A stretch of DNA of 64,000 bases from Lapillicoccus sp. (GTDB taxonomy: Bacteria; Actinomycetota; Actinomycetes; Actinomycetales; Dermatophilaceae): positions 903-64,902 of the forward strand of contig NZ_JBDTKA010000111.1 in the NCBI RefSeq assembly GCF_039935575.1, given 5' to 3'. The position numbers and the translations under genes were made by a program. This document shows, piece after piece, positions 30,623-39,856 of this stretch (within the stretch, counting starts at the first letter, position 1; each line of letters opens with the position of its first letter). The notes under the pieces were generated by a model. The model saw nothing but the letters and a program-made list of their open reading frames with translations. It did not search any database and was not told where the DNA came from.

Positions 30623-30927
30623 TCTGGCTCGCCCTACTCGTCGCTGTGGTTCTGGTCGTGCTCACCGTCGCTGCCGTGCTCGGCCGCGTCGACGGGTCGC
30701 TCGCCGACGCCACGTCGACCATGAGTCATGTCCCGCTTCCCGATGATCCGTTGACCGTCGCCGACATCGAGGGACTGCGGTTCGACACCGCGTTCCGCGG
30801 CTATCGGATGAGCGAGGTGGACGTGGTCATCGACCGGTTGCGCCGAGAGATCAGCGATCTGTCGGCGTCGCCCGACCGGGTCCGACAGCTGGTCGCCCCA
30901 CCCCTGCCCGAACCCACACAGGACTGA
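30586..30927 (+). CDS. small membrane protein with DivIVA-like motif
   Basis: TM helix VIWLALLVAVVLVVLTVAAVL, then FDTAFRGYRMSEVDVVIDRLRREI. Confidence 0.6.
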   Translation: MEPSTAWDHRPVIWLALLVAVVLVVLTVAAVLGRVDGSLADATSTMSHVPLPDDPLTVADIEGLRFDTAFRGYRMSEVDVVIDRLRREISDLSASPDRVRQLVAPPLPEPTQD

Positions 30928-30932
30928 CCGAG

Positions 30933-31391
30933 ATGTCTGCCGTCCAGATCGAGCGAACCGTCCCGACGCCCGTCGACCGCGTATGGGCGACGCTCACCGA
31001 CTTCGCCGCATACGGGGACTGGATCCCCCTCACGGCCATGCGGGTCGACGCCGCGCCGAAGCGGGTGGGGTGGGGGTTCGCCGGCAAGACCGGCCTCGGC
31101 CCGGTCGGGTTTCTCGACTCCATGCTGGTCACCCGCTGGCAACCGCCCGCCGACGGTGGCCTCGGGCGGTTCGCCGTGCGCAAGACCGGCCGGGTGCTGC
31201 GCGGCTGGGCCGACGTCACAGTCGAACCCGTCGCCAGCCTGACCCGGGTGACCTGGCGCGAGGAGATCGTGCCCCGACCCGAGCTCGTGGGCCGGATGGT
31301 CGCGCGCGTGACGGACCCCGTGACCCACCGGCTGTTCGCGGCCGCGCTGGACAAGATGCTCGTCGCGGCGGCGGACCCGCGGGCTGTATGA
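30933..31391 (+). CDS. SRPBCC-fold (polyketide cyclase/dehydrase-like) protein
   Basis: IERTVPTPVDRVWATLTDFAAYGDWIP is a typical SRPBCC N-terminus. Confidence 0.6.
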   Translation: MSAVQIERTVPTPVDRVWATLTDFAAYGDWIPLTAMRVDAAPKRVGWGFAGKTGLGPVGFLDSMLVTRWQPPADGGLGRFAVRKTGRVLRGWADVTVEPVASLTRVTWREEIVPRPELVGRMVARVTDPVTHRLFAAALDKMLVAAADPRAV

Positions 31392-31978
31392 GCGACGGCC
31401 TCGTCGTCGGAGCCGACGGGTTGGCCCGGTGCGCGTGGGCGGGCTCCACGGCGGACTACCTCGTCTACCACGACGAGGAGTGGGGCCTTCCGGTCCATGG
31501 AGAGTCGGCGCTGTTCGAACGGTTCACTCTCGAGGCGTTCCAGTCGGGGCTGTCCTGGCTGACCATCCTGCGCAAGCGGGACGGGTTCCGGGCCGCCTTC
31601 TCGGGCTTCGGTGCGGACGAGGTCGCAGCCTTCGACGACAGTGACCGGGCGCGGCTGATGGCCGACGTCGCCATCGTGCGCAACTCCCGCAAGATCGACG
31701 CTGCGATCGGCAACGCCCGGGTCGTCGTCACCCTGCGCGACTCTGGCGGCCTCGACGCGCTCGTATGGTCGTTTGCTCCTGCGACGCATACCCCTCCGTG
31801 TGTCCTCGGAGACGTCCGGGCCACGAGCCCCGAGTCCGTCGCGCTCGCCGCCCGGCTCAAGCGGGAGGGTCTCGTCTTCGTCGGGCCGACGACCGCGTAT
31901 GCAGCGATGCAGGCCTGCGGGCTGGTCGACGACCATCTCGCAGGATGCCACCGATCCAGCGTCCGGACGCCGGCGTGA
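31388..31978 (+). CDS. tag: DNA-3-methyladenine glycosylase I
   Basis: ATGA overlap with the upstream stop. CAWAGSTADYLVYHDEEWGLPVHGESALFERFTLEAFQSGLSWLTILRKR. Confidence 0.9.
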   Translation: MSDGLVVGADGLARCAWAGSTADYLVYHDEEWGLPVHGESALFERFTLEAFQSGLSWLTILRKRDGFRAAFSGFGADEVAAFDDSDRARLMADVAIVRNSRKIDAAIGNARVVVTLRDSGGLDALVWSFAPATHTPPCVLGDVRATSPESVALAARLKREGLVFVGPTTAYAAMQACGLVDDHLAGCHRSSVRTPA

Positions 31979-33222
31979 CCGAGATCCGGGAAGAGCGCGA
32001 CGTCGAGCCGACCAGCCCCCTCGGCGTCCTGGGGCTCCAGCGCCTCGGAGGGTTCCTGCCCCGCCTGCTGCTGGCCTACGCCGCGTGTCGGGTGGTCAGT
32101 GGGGTGATCCTCGCGATCGTCGCCACCCGGCAGGTTCCGACCGGGTGGACCGGCCCCGTCGTCAGCTACCTGACCTTCACCGCGCAGTGGGACGGGCAGT
32201 GGTACCAACAGATCGCACTCGGCGGCTACCCGCATCGGCTGCCGGTCGACGGCGCCGGTCTGGTGCAGCAGAACGCCTGGGCGTTCTACCCGCTCTTCCC
32301 GCTGCTCAGCAGGGCGCTGATGGACCTCACCGGGCTCGACTTCTACGTCGTCGGTTCGACGGTGTCGCTGGTCGCCGGGTTCGTCGCCGCGGGGGCGATG
32401 GGGCTGCTGCTCCGACCGCGGCTCGGGGACCGCGCCACCCTCGCCGTCGTCGTCCTCTGGGCGAGCATGCCGGCGGCGGTCGTGCTCCAGGTGGGTTACA
32501 CCGAGGCCCTGGCGATGGCCTTGCTGACCCTGTTCCTGCTTGCCCTGAGCAAGCGCAGCTGGTTGACCGCGACCGGGCTGGCGCTCCTGCTCGGGCTCGC
32601 CCGGCCGATCGCCGTTCCCCTGGCCGCGGTCACGCTCGTCGCCATCTGGCAGCGGTGGCACCGGCGTCGCGACGAGCCGATCGAGCGCAGTGAGGCCCTC
32701 AGCGCGCTGGCGGCGCTCGCCGGCTGCGGTGTCTCCGGGATCCTCTGGCCGGCGATCGCGGGGCTGTCCACGGGCCGGGCCGATGCCTACACGGCGACCA
32801 TGTCGACGTGGCGCGGTAGCCGGGAGATCGTCCCGTTCACACCCTGGTTGGACATGTCGCGGTACTACTTCGGTGCCACCTGGGGCCCGGTGTGGCTGGT
32901 CACCCTGTTCGTCCTCATCGCGATGCTCGCCCTCGGTCCGTGGGCGGCTCGGCTCGGCGCCCAGCTGCGCACCTGGTCGCTGGCCTACCCGGCATACCTG
33001 CTCGTCGTGCTCGACCCCTTTACCTCGATCTTCCGTTACCTCATCCCGCTGTTCCCGCTCGGTGCCGTGCTCATCGGCGTGGGCGGACATCCGAGATGGT
33101 CCGGCTGGCAGCAGTGGGCGCGGGTCCGGTTCTGGGTGCTGCTCGGGGCGTTCGTGATCGGGCAGTGGTACTGGGTCGACGTCCTCTGGCGGTTCGTGCC
33201 GCCGAGCGACTACCCGCCTTAA
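31945..33222 (+). CDS. polytopic membrane protein, GT-C-like (putative mannosyl/glycosyltransferase)
   Basis: Many TM helices. QWDGQWYQQIALGGY...NAWAFYPLFPLL resembles PIG-V/DUF2029-type membrane glycosyltransferases. The start is uncertain (ATG 31945 or GTG 31975). Confidence 0.5.
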   Translation: MPPIQRPDAGVTEIREERDVEPTSPLGVLGLQRLGGFLPRLLLAYAACRVVSGVILAIVATRQVPTGWTGPVVSYLTFTAQWDGQWYQQIALGGYPHRLPVDGAGLVQQNAWAFYPLFPLLSRALMDLTGLDFYVVGSTVSLVAGFVAAGAMGLLLRPRLGDRATLAVVVLWASMPAAVVLQVGYTEALAMALLTLFLLALSKRSWLTATGLALLLGLARPIAVPLAAVTLVAIWQRWHRRRDEPIERSEALSALAALAGCGVSGILWPAIAGLSTGRADAYTATMSTWRGSREIVPFTPWLDMSRYYFGATWGPVWLVTLFVLIAMLALGPWAARLGAQLRTWSLAYPAYLLVVLDPFTSIFRYLIPLFPLGAVLIGVGGHPRWSGWQQWARVRFWVLLGAFVIGQWYWVDVLWRFVPPSDYPP

Positions 33223-33228
33223 CCGACG

Positions 33229-34050
33229 TCAGCGGCCGGCAAACCGGGGGCGCTCCTTGGCGAGGAACGCGTGGACGGCGGCGCGGTGGTCCTCGCTGGC
33301 GCCGGTGGACGTCATCAGCTCGGCCTCGAAGGCCAGCGCGCTCGCGAGCCCGGACCCGGAGCCGTGGGCGACAGCGCGCCGGATCGCGCCGTAGGCCAGC
33401 GTGGGACCTGAGGCCAGCGTGCTTGCCAGCTCGGTGACGGCCGCCTCGAACTCCTGCGCCGGCACCACCCGGCTCACCAGCCCGAGGGCGAGACACTCGT
33501 CGGCCGGGACCGTCCGGGGCATGAGCAGCAGCTCCTTTGCCCGGGCCGTGCCGATGAGCCGGGGCAGCGTCCACGAGGAACCAGAGTCACAGGAGAGCGC
33601 GATGCCCGCGAAGGCGAGGTTGATCCCGGCCCCCGCCACCATCACCCGCAGGTCGGCTGCGAACGCGAACGAGGCGCCGGCGCCTGCGGTGACCCCGTTG
33701 AGCGCGGCGATCACCGGCTTGTCCATGGTAGCCAGCAGCGTGACAATCGGGTTGTAGTGCTCGACGACGGTCCGGCCGAGCCGCTCGTCGCCTCGCTGGA
33801 GCCCTGCTACGTGCTCCTTCAGGTCCTGCCCCACGCAGAAGGCGCGACCGCGGCCGGTCAGCACGACGCAGCGCACGTCCACGTCCTGCGCGACCTTTTG
33901 CAGAGCGGCAAGCAGCTGCTCCTTGAGCGCGAGATCGAGCGCGTTCATCGCCTCCGGGCGGTCGAGTGTCAGCGTGGCAACCCCGTGCTCCACGACGACG
34001 TCCAGCACGCCCCCGCTGGCGTCGGTGCCCTGGTCCGTCTGCGTCGACAT
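33229..34050 (-). CDS. enoyl-CoA hydratase/isomerase (crotonase family)
   Basis: Internal ATG (MSTQTDQG) of ORF 33229-34713. LTLDRPEAMNALD, VVLTGRGRAFCVGQDL and ALNGVTAGAGASFAFAADL motifs. Confidence 0.85.
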   Translation of the reverse strand: MSTQTDQGTDASGGVLDVVVEHGVATLTLDRPEAMNALDLALKEQLLAALQKVAQDVDVRCVVLTGRGRAFCVGQDLKEHVAGLQRGDERLGRTVVEHYNPIVTLLATMDKPVIAALNGVTAGAGASFAFAADLRVMVAGAGINLAFAGIALSCDSGSSWTLPRLIGTARAKELLLMPRTVPADECLALGLVSRVVPAQEFEAAVTELASTLASGPTLAYGAIRRAVAHGSGSGLASALAFEAELMTSTGASEDHRAAVHAFLAKERPRFAGR

Positions 34051-34216
34051 CACGGCTCTCTTTCGCTGGTCTGCGTCGGTGGATGGTGCCCATCGTGCCC
34101 GACCGACGATTTCCCCTCGCCTCCCGGGGCAGGTGATAATGGTCTCCAACACTCGTCTGTCCCGCCGGTCGTCGGGGAAGCCCGGCCCGAGCGCGGATGT
34201 CCAAGGAAGGGAAACC

Positions 34217-34390
34217 ATGGCGGCTATGAAGCCCAGGACGGGAGACGGACCTCTGGAGGTGACGAAGGAGGGTCGGGGGATCGTTCTTCGGATGCCACTG
34301 GAGGGCGGTGGCCGCCTGGTCGTCGAGATGACGCCGGCCGAGGCTGCCAACCTGCGCGACGCCATCGCGGGGTGTGCCGGGGTCTCCTGA
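34217..34390 (+). CDS. small conserved actinobacterial protein (DUF3117-like)
   Basis: MAAMKPRTGDGPLEVTKEGRGIVLRMPLEGGGRLVVEMTPAEAANLRDAI. ggaagggaaacc lies upstream. The position near tag matches mycobacteria. Confidence 0.6.
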   Translation: MAAMKPRTGDGPLEVTKEGRGIVLRMPLEGGGRLVVEMTPAEAANLRDAIAGCAGVS

Positions 34391-34480
34391 CCCGCGCCAG
34401 ACAACCTCATAGCGACGCCCCCGGCCCACTCGGCCGGGGGCGTTTCGCCTCCCGGGCCGTGGCCTTTCGCCGGCCTCGGG

Positions 34481-35113
34481 TCAGCGCTTGACGCAGACCA
34501 GTAACCCATCGCCGACGGGCAGCAACGTCGTAAGGAACCGCTCGTCGTCGCGCAGGCTCTTGCCCAGGTCGCGAAGCACCCGCGTGACGTCGTCCCGCGC
34601 CGCGGGGTCGGCCACCTTGTCGTGCCAGAGCATGTTGTCCACGGCCATCGCCCCACCGGGCCGCAGTAGCCGGGTGGCCTCCTCGACGTAGGCGGGGTAC
34701 TCGCTCTTGTCACCGTCGACGAGGACGATGTCGTAGGCGCCGTCGGTCATCCGGCCGAGAACGTCCAGACCCCGTCCGGTGATCACCCGGGTCCGCTGGT
34801 GGGTGACGCCGGCTGCGGAGTATGCCTCCCTGGCGGCGCGCTGGTGCTCGGCCTCGAGGTCGATGGTCGTCAGGATGCCGTCGGACGGCATACCGGCGAG
34901 CAGCCAGAGCCCGGAAACCCCGGCTCCAGTGCCGACCTCGACCACCGCCTTGGCCGCGAGCGTGGCAGCGAGCATGCGCAGGGCTGCGCCGGTGCCGACG
35001 CCGACCGGCGTACAACCGAGCTCCTGGCCACGGCGGCGGGCCGACTCGATGACCTCGCCCTCGGTCACGAAGTCCTCGGCGTAGCCCCAGCTCGCGGCCT
35101 TCTGTGCGCTCAT
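34481..35113 (-). CDS. class I SAM-dependent O-methyltransferase (caffeoyl-CoA OMT family)
   Basis: VVEVGTGAGVSGLWLL SAM motif and DIVLVDGDKSEYPAY. Located upstream of and divergent from sigE, as in mycobacteria. Confidence 0.85.
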   Translation of the reverse strand: MSAQKAASWGYAEDFVTEGEVIESARRRGQELGCTPVGVGTGAALRMLAATLAAKAVVEVGTGAGVSGLWLLAGMPSDGILTTIDLEAEHQRAAREAYSAAGVTHQRTRVITGRGLDVLGRMTDGAYDIVLVDGDKSEYPAYVEEATRLLRPGGAMAVDNMLWHDKVADPAARDDVTRVLRDLGKSLRDDERFLTTLLPVGDGLLVCVKR

Positions 35114-35224
35114 GACCTCGACCCTACCGGCGGTCGCGTCGGGGGTCCGGTCAGGGAAATATCAGGGGGTCCCCCGATGGTTACCGTAGTGACAGCACGG
35201 GCACAGTAAACTCATCAACTCCTC

Positions 35225-35251
35225 GGGAACTCTGGGGTTGACCGGTTCGTC
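35225..35251 (+). promoter_or_regulatory. candidate ECF-type (SigE-like) promoter: GGGAACT-N16-CGTC
   Basis: gggaact at 35225-35231 and cgtc at 35248-35251, about 34 nt before the sigE start. Resembles the GGAAC-N16/17-(C)GTT ECF consensus. Confidence 0.3.
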
Positions 35252-35284
35252 ATCGAATCGGGATCCTCTCGAAAGGCCTACCTC

Positions 35285-35953
35285 GTGACCGACACCCTGA
35301 CCGCTGGCAGTGCGGTCCATCAGGATGCGGCCCCTTCCACCGACGCCTGGACCCCGCCGTCCTGGGAAGAGATCGTCACCCAGCACTCCGCTCGGGTCTA
35401 CCGGCTTGCCTACCGTCTGACGGGCAACCCGCACGACGCGGAGGACTTGACCCACGACGTGTTCATCCGCGTCTTCCGGTCGCTCAGCTCCTACACGCCG
35501 GGCACCTTCGAGGGCTGGCTGCACCGGATCACCACCAACGTCTTCCTCGACAAGATGCGTCGCAAGCAGCGGATCCGCTTCGACGCGTTGCCCGAGGACG
35601 CGGCCGGCCGGATGGCCAGTGGTGAGGCAGGGCCGGCCCAGACCTACGACGACACCCATTTCGACGATGACGTCCAGCGTGCGCTGGACGCGCTTCCGCC
35701 TGACTTCCGGGCCGCGGTCGTCCTGTGCGACATCGAGGGACTGTCGTACGAGGAGATCGCGACGACGCTAGGTATCAAGCTCGGCACGGTGCGGTCCCGG
35801 ATCCACCGCGGGCGCGCCCTGCTGCGCGAGGCGTTGGCTCACCGGGCGCCGGTGGCTGCCCCGACAAACCAGGCCCCGGCGACCTCGCGGCCGTCCCGTC
35901 CGACCATCCGCCGACCGGCCGGCGCGTTCTCGGGGTTCACGGGAGCGCAGTGA
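35285..35953 (+). CDS. sigE: ECF RNA polymerase sigma factor SigE
   Basis: Region 2 ([28 protein letters not shown]...[12 protein letters not shown]) and region 4 ([33 protein letters not shown]). Followed by rseA, htrA and tatB. Confidence 0.85.
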   Translation: MTDTLTAGSAVHQDAAPSTDAWTPPSWEEIVTQHSARVYRLAYRLTGNPHDAEDLTHDVFIRVFRSLSSYTPGTFEGWLHRITTNVFLDKMRRKQRIRFDALPEDAAGRMASGEAGPAQTYDDTHFDDDVQRALDALPPDFRAAVVLCDIEGLSYEEIATTLGIKLGTVRSRIHRGRALLREALAHRAPVAAPTNQAPATSRPSRPTIRRPAGAFSGFTGAQ

Positions 35954-36537
35954 CGAGACACCTGGGTCTGCAGGTCAGCGCGTACGTCGACCGATGTCTC
36001 GACGCGCAGACCCTGCATGCCTTCGACCGGCACCTGGTGGCCTGTCAGGTATGCCGGTATGCCGCACAGGAGGAGTCGCGTCTCCTGGAGTCGCTGCGCA
36101 CGGGATGTACCCCCGCAGTGTCGTCTGACCTGCGGCTGACCCTGCTGGCGCTCGCTCACCCGGCACCGGCCGAGATGCGGGTACCGTCTACCGGTGGAAT
36201 AGCCGGACCCCCACCCATACCGGTGCCCGCCATACCCGTGCGCCACCTGAGGGTGCCGACCGTGGCCCCCGCCGCTCCCGCGATGCACCGGTCGCCGCGA
36301 CGTGCGGCGATGGTCGCGGGCCTCGCCGCGGGGGCTTCTGCTGCGGCAGCCATCGGCCTAGCCGTCGTGGGGCCGGGGACGAGCGCGGCGTCGCCGCTGC
36401 GCCAGCCGGTCACCCGCATCCCCGTCTCGACGAGCCTGACCGCCTTGACGGCATCCTTCTCGGCCTCCTCGACCAGTGCCCTCACGGCGAGCTCGCGTGA
36501 CCTGCTGCGCGACGCGGTGGAGCACCGCGGTCGATGA
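35950..36537 (+). CDS. rseA: zf-HC2 anti-sigma factor (RseA-like)
   Basis: GTGA overlap with the sigE stop. H-x3-C-x2-C motif ([16 protein letters not shown]). Confidence 0.7.
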   Translation: MTRHLGLQVSAYVDRCLDAQTLHAFDRHLVACQVCRYAAQEESRLLESLRTGCTPAVSSDLRLTLLALAHPAPAEMRVPSTGGIAGPPPIPVPAIPVRHLRVPTVAPAAPAMHRSPRRAAMVAGLAAGASAAAAIGLAVVGPGTSAASPLRQPVTRIPVSTSLTALTASFSASSTSALTASSRDLLRDAVEHRGR

Positions 36538-37982
36538 GCGAGACTCCACCGTCCCCGGGCTCCGGGGGCCAGCACCCCTTGCCGCCCGCCTGGCACGAGT
36601 TCGGCGTACCGCACGGTGGTGCACCGGAGCCGCCGGCCTACACGCCGGCGATGCGCGAGCGGACTCAGATGGGATCCCTGGTGACCGAGACGGCAACCCC
36701 TGCGGACACCGGCGTCGAGCAGACCCAGCAGATCCCGACGCAACAGACCGAGCAGATCCCTTGGTGGGGCGCGCCCCAGGCCGAGCCAGCGGCACCCGCT
36801 CCAGCTGCGGTAGCAGACCTGCTTGCGCACCCGGCCCCGACGGGGGAGCCCTACGCGCATCCGTGGGCCTCGGACCATGTTCCTGGCGCCGTGGGCGCCG
36901 TGGGCGCCGTGGGTGCTGGCGCCCGTCGGCTCGCCGGGCTCGCGGGGCTGGCTCTGGTCGCGGCGCTGCTCGGCGGCGGGGTCGTCCTCGCGGGCCAGCA
37001 GCTGCTCGATCGCGGCACCAGCCTCGGCTCCGCCGTGCCGGCTCCCGGCCCGGGGTCGACCTCAAGACCGGACGGCAGCATCGCCAAGATCGCCGCCGAC
37101 GCCCTCCCGAGCGTCGTGACCATCCGGATCAAGACCTCGCAGGGTGAGGGGACCGGGTCAGGTTTTGTCATCGACAAGCAGGGTCACATTCTCACGAACA
37201 ACCACGTCGTGGCCGCTGCCGGCGGGTCTAGCCAGATCAGCGTGGAGCTCAACAACGGCACGACGATCCCGGCGACCGTCGCGGGTGCGGACACGTCCTA
37301 CGACCTCGCGGTCCTCAAGGTCGCCTCGACGGACATCCCCCCGCTCGAGTTCGGGGCCTCCAAGGACGTCGTCGTGGGTGACGGTGTCATCGCCGTGGGT
37401 GCCCCACTCGGGCTCGACGCCACGGTCACCAGCGGCATCGTCTCCGCCCTCAACCGTCCCGTCACCCCCGGCGACAGCAACGACCAGTCCTACATCAACG
37501 CGATCCAGACCGACGCCGCGATCAACCCCGGCAACTCCGGGGGGCCGCTACTCGACATGAACGGTCGCGTCATCGGCATCAACTCCGCCATCGCCCGGAT
37601 CCCGGGCTCCGACTCCACCACCGGCGGCAGCATCGGCGTCGGCTTCGCGATCCCGAGTGACCAGGCGGCCAAGACCGCCCAGCAGCTGATCACCACAGGC
37701 AAGGCGGAGCACCCGGCGCTCGGGGTCCGGGTGGACCGGTCCTACGACGGCGACGGCGCCAAGCTCGCCACCGGGGGCGTCCAGGCCGGCAGCGCCGCCG
37801 ACCAGGCCGGGCTCAAGGACGGCGACATCATCACCGAGTTCGAGGGCAAGAAGGTCACGGACGCCAACGCCCTGATCGTCGCGATCCGCGCGCGCAACGT
37901 CGGTGACACCGTCACGATGACGGTCCAGCGCGGTACCCAGACAGTCAACGCCAAGATGACCCTGCAGGCATCCAGCAGCTGA
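36534..37982 (+). CDS. htrA: HtrA/PepD-family serine protease with PDZ domain
   Basis: ATGA overlap with the upstream stop. Catalytic blocks TNNHVV, DLAVLKV and GNSGGPL. C-terminal PDZ (GLKDGDIITEFEGKKV). Confidence 0.9.
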   Translation: MSETPPSPGSGGQHPLPPAWHEFGVPHGGAPEPPAYTPAMRERTQMGSLVTETATPADTGVEQTQQIPTQQTEQIPWWGAPQAEPAAPAPAAVADLLAHPAPTGEPYAHPWASDHVPGAVGAVGAVGAGARRLAGLAGLALVAALLGGGVVLAGQQLLDRGTSLGSAVPAPGPGSTSRPDGSIAKIAADALPSVVTIRIKTSQGEGTGSGFVIDKQGHILTNNHVVAAAGGSSQISVELNNGTTIPATVAGADTSYDLAVLKVASTDIPPLEFGASKDVVVGDGVIAVGAPLGLDATVTSGIVSALNRPVTPGDSNDQSYINAIQTDAAINPGNSGGPLLDMNGRVIGINSAIARIPGSDSTTGGSIGVGFAIPSDQAAKTAQQLITTGKAEHPALGVRVDRSYDGDGAKLATGGVQAGSAADQAGLKDGDIITEFEGKKVTDANALIVAIRARNVGDTVTMTVQRGTQTVNAKMTLQASSS

Positions 37983-38060
37983 CCGGTTCCGAATAGCATC
38001 TGGCTGACAGGGTCCGGTCTCGCCGGCAGACCAGACAGCAACCAGGCGCGAGGAGGCGAC

Positions 38061-38435
38061 GTGTTCGACATCAACGGCTGGGAAGTCATCGTCCTGGCCA
38101 TCGTGGGCATCCTCGTCCTTGGTCCGGAGCGCCTTCCGGAATATGCCGCCAAGCTCGCCGACCTGGTCCGTCAGGTCCGCGGCCTCGCGCAGAACGCCCG
38201 GACCCAGCTCAAGGAGCAGATGGGCCCCGACTTCGACGACGTCGACTGGAAGCAGTACGACCCGCGCCAGTACGACCCGCGCCGCATCGTGCGAGAGGCC
38301 TTGATGGACGAGCCCAGCCCGTCCGACGAGCCAGTCGAGCCTATGGATAAACCCCAGTCCGGCTCGATGGCCCCGGTGCCCCAGCCCCTCCACGACAGTG
38401 CCAAGCCGACCCCGTGGGACGCCGACGCGACCTGA
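38061..38435 (+). CDS. tatB: Sec-independent (Tat) translocase subunit TatB
   Basis: MFDINGWEVIVLAIVGILVLGPERLPEYAAKLADLVRQVR. Confidence 0.85.
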   Translation: MFDINGWEVIVLAIVGILVLGPERLPEYAAKLADLVRQVRGLAQNARTQLKEQMGPDFDDVDWKQYDPRQYDPRRIVREALMDEPSPSDEPVEPMDKPQSGSMAPVPQPLHDSAKPTPWDADAT

Positions 38436-38474
38436 CCCGGGTGGCAGCGCTGCTGGGGCGTCTCGAGCCCGTAG

Positions 38475-39350
38475 CTAGGCCGATCGGCTGATGAGCTCTT
38501 CGGCGACCCATCGTGCGACCTCGGCGGGGTAGGGCGCCGGGAGCATGAGCACGATGTGGTGGAAGCCGGCCTGGAGCGCCTGGTCGATCGCGGCGCGGGT
38601 GTCGCCGGGCCGATCGTAGGAGACCGGCACGTTGGTCGAGCGGGTGATCGCCAGAGGGTCCCGACCGATCTCGGCGCAGAAGCCGTCCAGTACGGCGCCG
38701 CGACGGAGGCCGTCGGCCATGTCGCCGCCCTGGAAGTTCCACAGGTCGGCGTGCTCGGCCACCACCCGGAGCGTGGGAGTCGAGCCGCCACCGATGAGGA
38801 TCGGCGGACGGGGTCGTTGCACCGGTTTGGGGTTGCAGAACGCTCCGGTCAGGTGGACGAAGTCCCCGTCGAAGTCGAACGGCTCGTCCGACGTCCACAG
38901 CCGCTCGATGACCGTGCAGGCCTCGGCCAACGCCCCGACCGCGTGAGCGGCGTCGTGGAAGGGCAGGCCGTGGGCCTCGTACTCGCGCCTGGCCACGGGG
39001 GCACTCGGACGAGACCCGGCACCGATGCCGAAGTCGAGCCGTCCGTGGGAGACGACGTCCACGGTCGCGGCGATCTTGGCGAGCATGGCGGGCGGGCGGA
39101 ACCGGTTGCTCGTCACCAGCAAACCGAGCCGCAGCCGTTCGGTCTGAGCAGCCAGCGCGGACAACAGCGTCCAGCCTTCGTAGGCCGGCCCGTTCGGGTC
39201 GCCGCCGATCGGCATGAGGTGGTCGAACAACCAGGCATGCTCGATCTGCGGGATCGCGTCGGCCTCGAGCCAGACCCGTTGGACGTCGTCGTAGTCGACC
39301 TGCATCGGCGCGGTCATGATCCCGAAGCTCGGCTGGTGCCCCTGTGTCAC
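38475..39350 (-). CDS. LLM-class (luciferase-like) F420-dependent oxidoreductase
   Basis: WLFDHLMP, LLVTSNRFRPPAMLAKIAATVDVVSHGRLDFGIGAG. Confidence 0.85.
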   Translation of the reverse strand: MTQGHQPSFGIMTAPMQVDYDDVQRVWLEADAIPQIEHAWLFDHLMPIGGDPNGPAYEGWTLLSALAAQTERLRLGLLVTSNRFRPPAMLAKIAATVDVVSHGRLDFGIGAGSRPSAPVARREYEAHGLPFHDAAHAVGALAEACTVIERLWTSDEPFDFDGDFVHLTGAFCNPKPVQRPRPPILIGGGSTPTLRVVAEHADLWNFQGGDMADGLRRGAVLDGFCAEIGRDPLAITRSTNVPVSYDRPGDTRAAIDQALQAGFHHIVLMLPAPYPAEVARWVAEELISRSA

Positions 39351-39856
39351 GCGCCGACCTCATCGTGGCTGTCTACCGTCACCAGGTCGAGGCCTGCGCG
39401 GCAGCCGGCCCGGTACTGTCGGCGAACAGCGACAGCCCGTTCAGTGCGCTGACACGATGGATCGACCTCTTCGTCGACTTCCTGGTCACCAAACACGGCC
39501 TCGCCGCGGTCCTTCAGTCCGGCAACGCCGACTTCGAGACGCTGCACGACTACTTCCTCGACCGGCTGGTCCCGGTGTGCACCCTGCTGGTCGACGCCTC
39601 GGCCGAGGCCGGCGAGATCCGCTCGGACGTGGGCGCATACGAGCTGATGCGCGGGATCGGCAACCTGTGCGTGGGGGCCGACTCACGTGGCGACGACAGC
39701 TCCGAGACCACCGCTCGCTACGACGCGCGCCGCCTGGTCGACCTGCTGGTCGCCGGACTACGCAGCGTCAGGTCAGCGCCCGGTCGGGGTGAGACCGAGG
39801 GAGCGCCCCGCCAGGCCGCGGGCCCGCACGGACAGGGCACGGGCCACACCGCGTAG
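39344..39856 (+). pseudogene. TetR-family regulator remnant lacking the N-terminal HTH
   Basis: The ORF begins at SRADLIVAVYRHQVEA (helix-4-like). No room remains for an HTH, because the LLM gene start (39350) abuts it on the other strand. The 3' end overlaps the mrp 3' end by 84 nt. Confidence 0.5.

Noticed and set aside
33229-34713. Full 494-aa ORF for the crotonase gene. Likewise the full 504-aa ORF 27669-29183 for dapD and the 767-aa ORF 1032-3335 for the kinase.
   Set aside because: The N-terminal extensions overlap other supported genes (DUF3117, dapE, the lipoprotein) and are low-complexity. Internal starts give proteins of canonical length beginning with the conserved N-termini.
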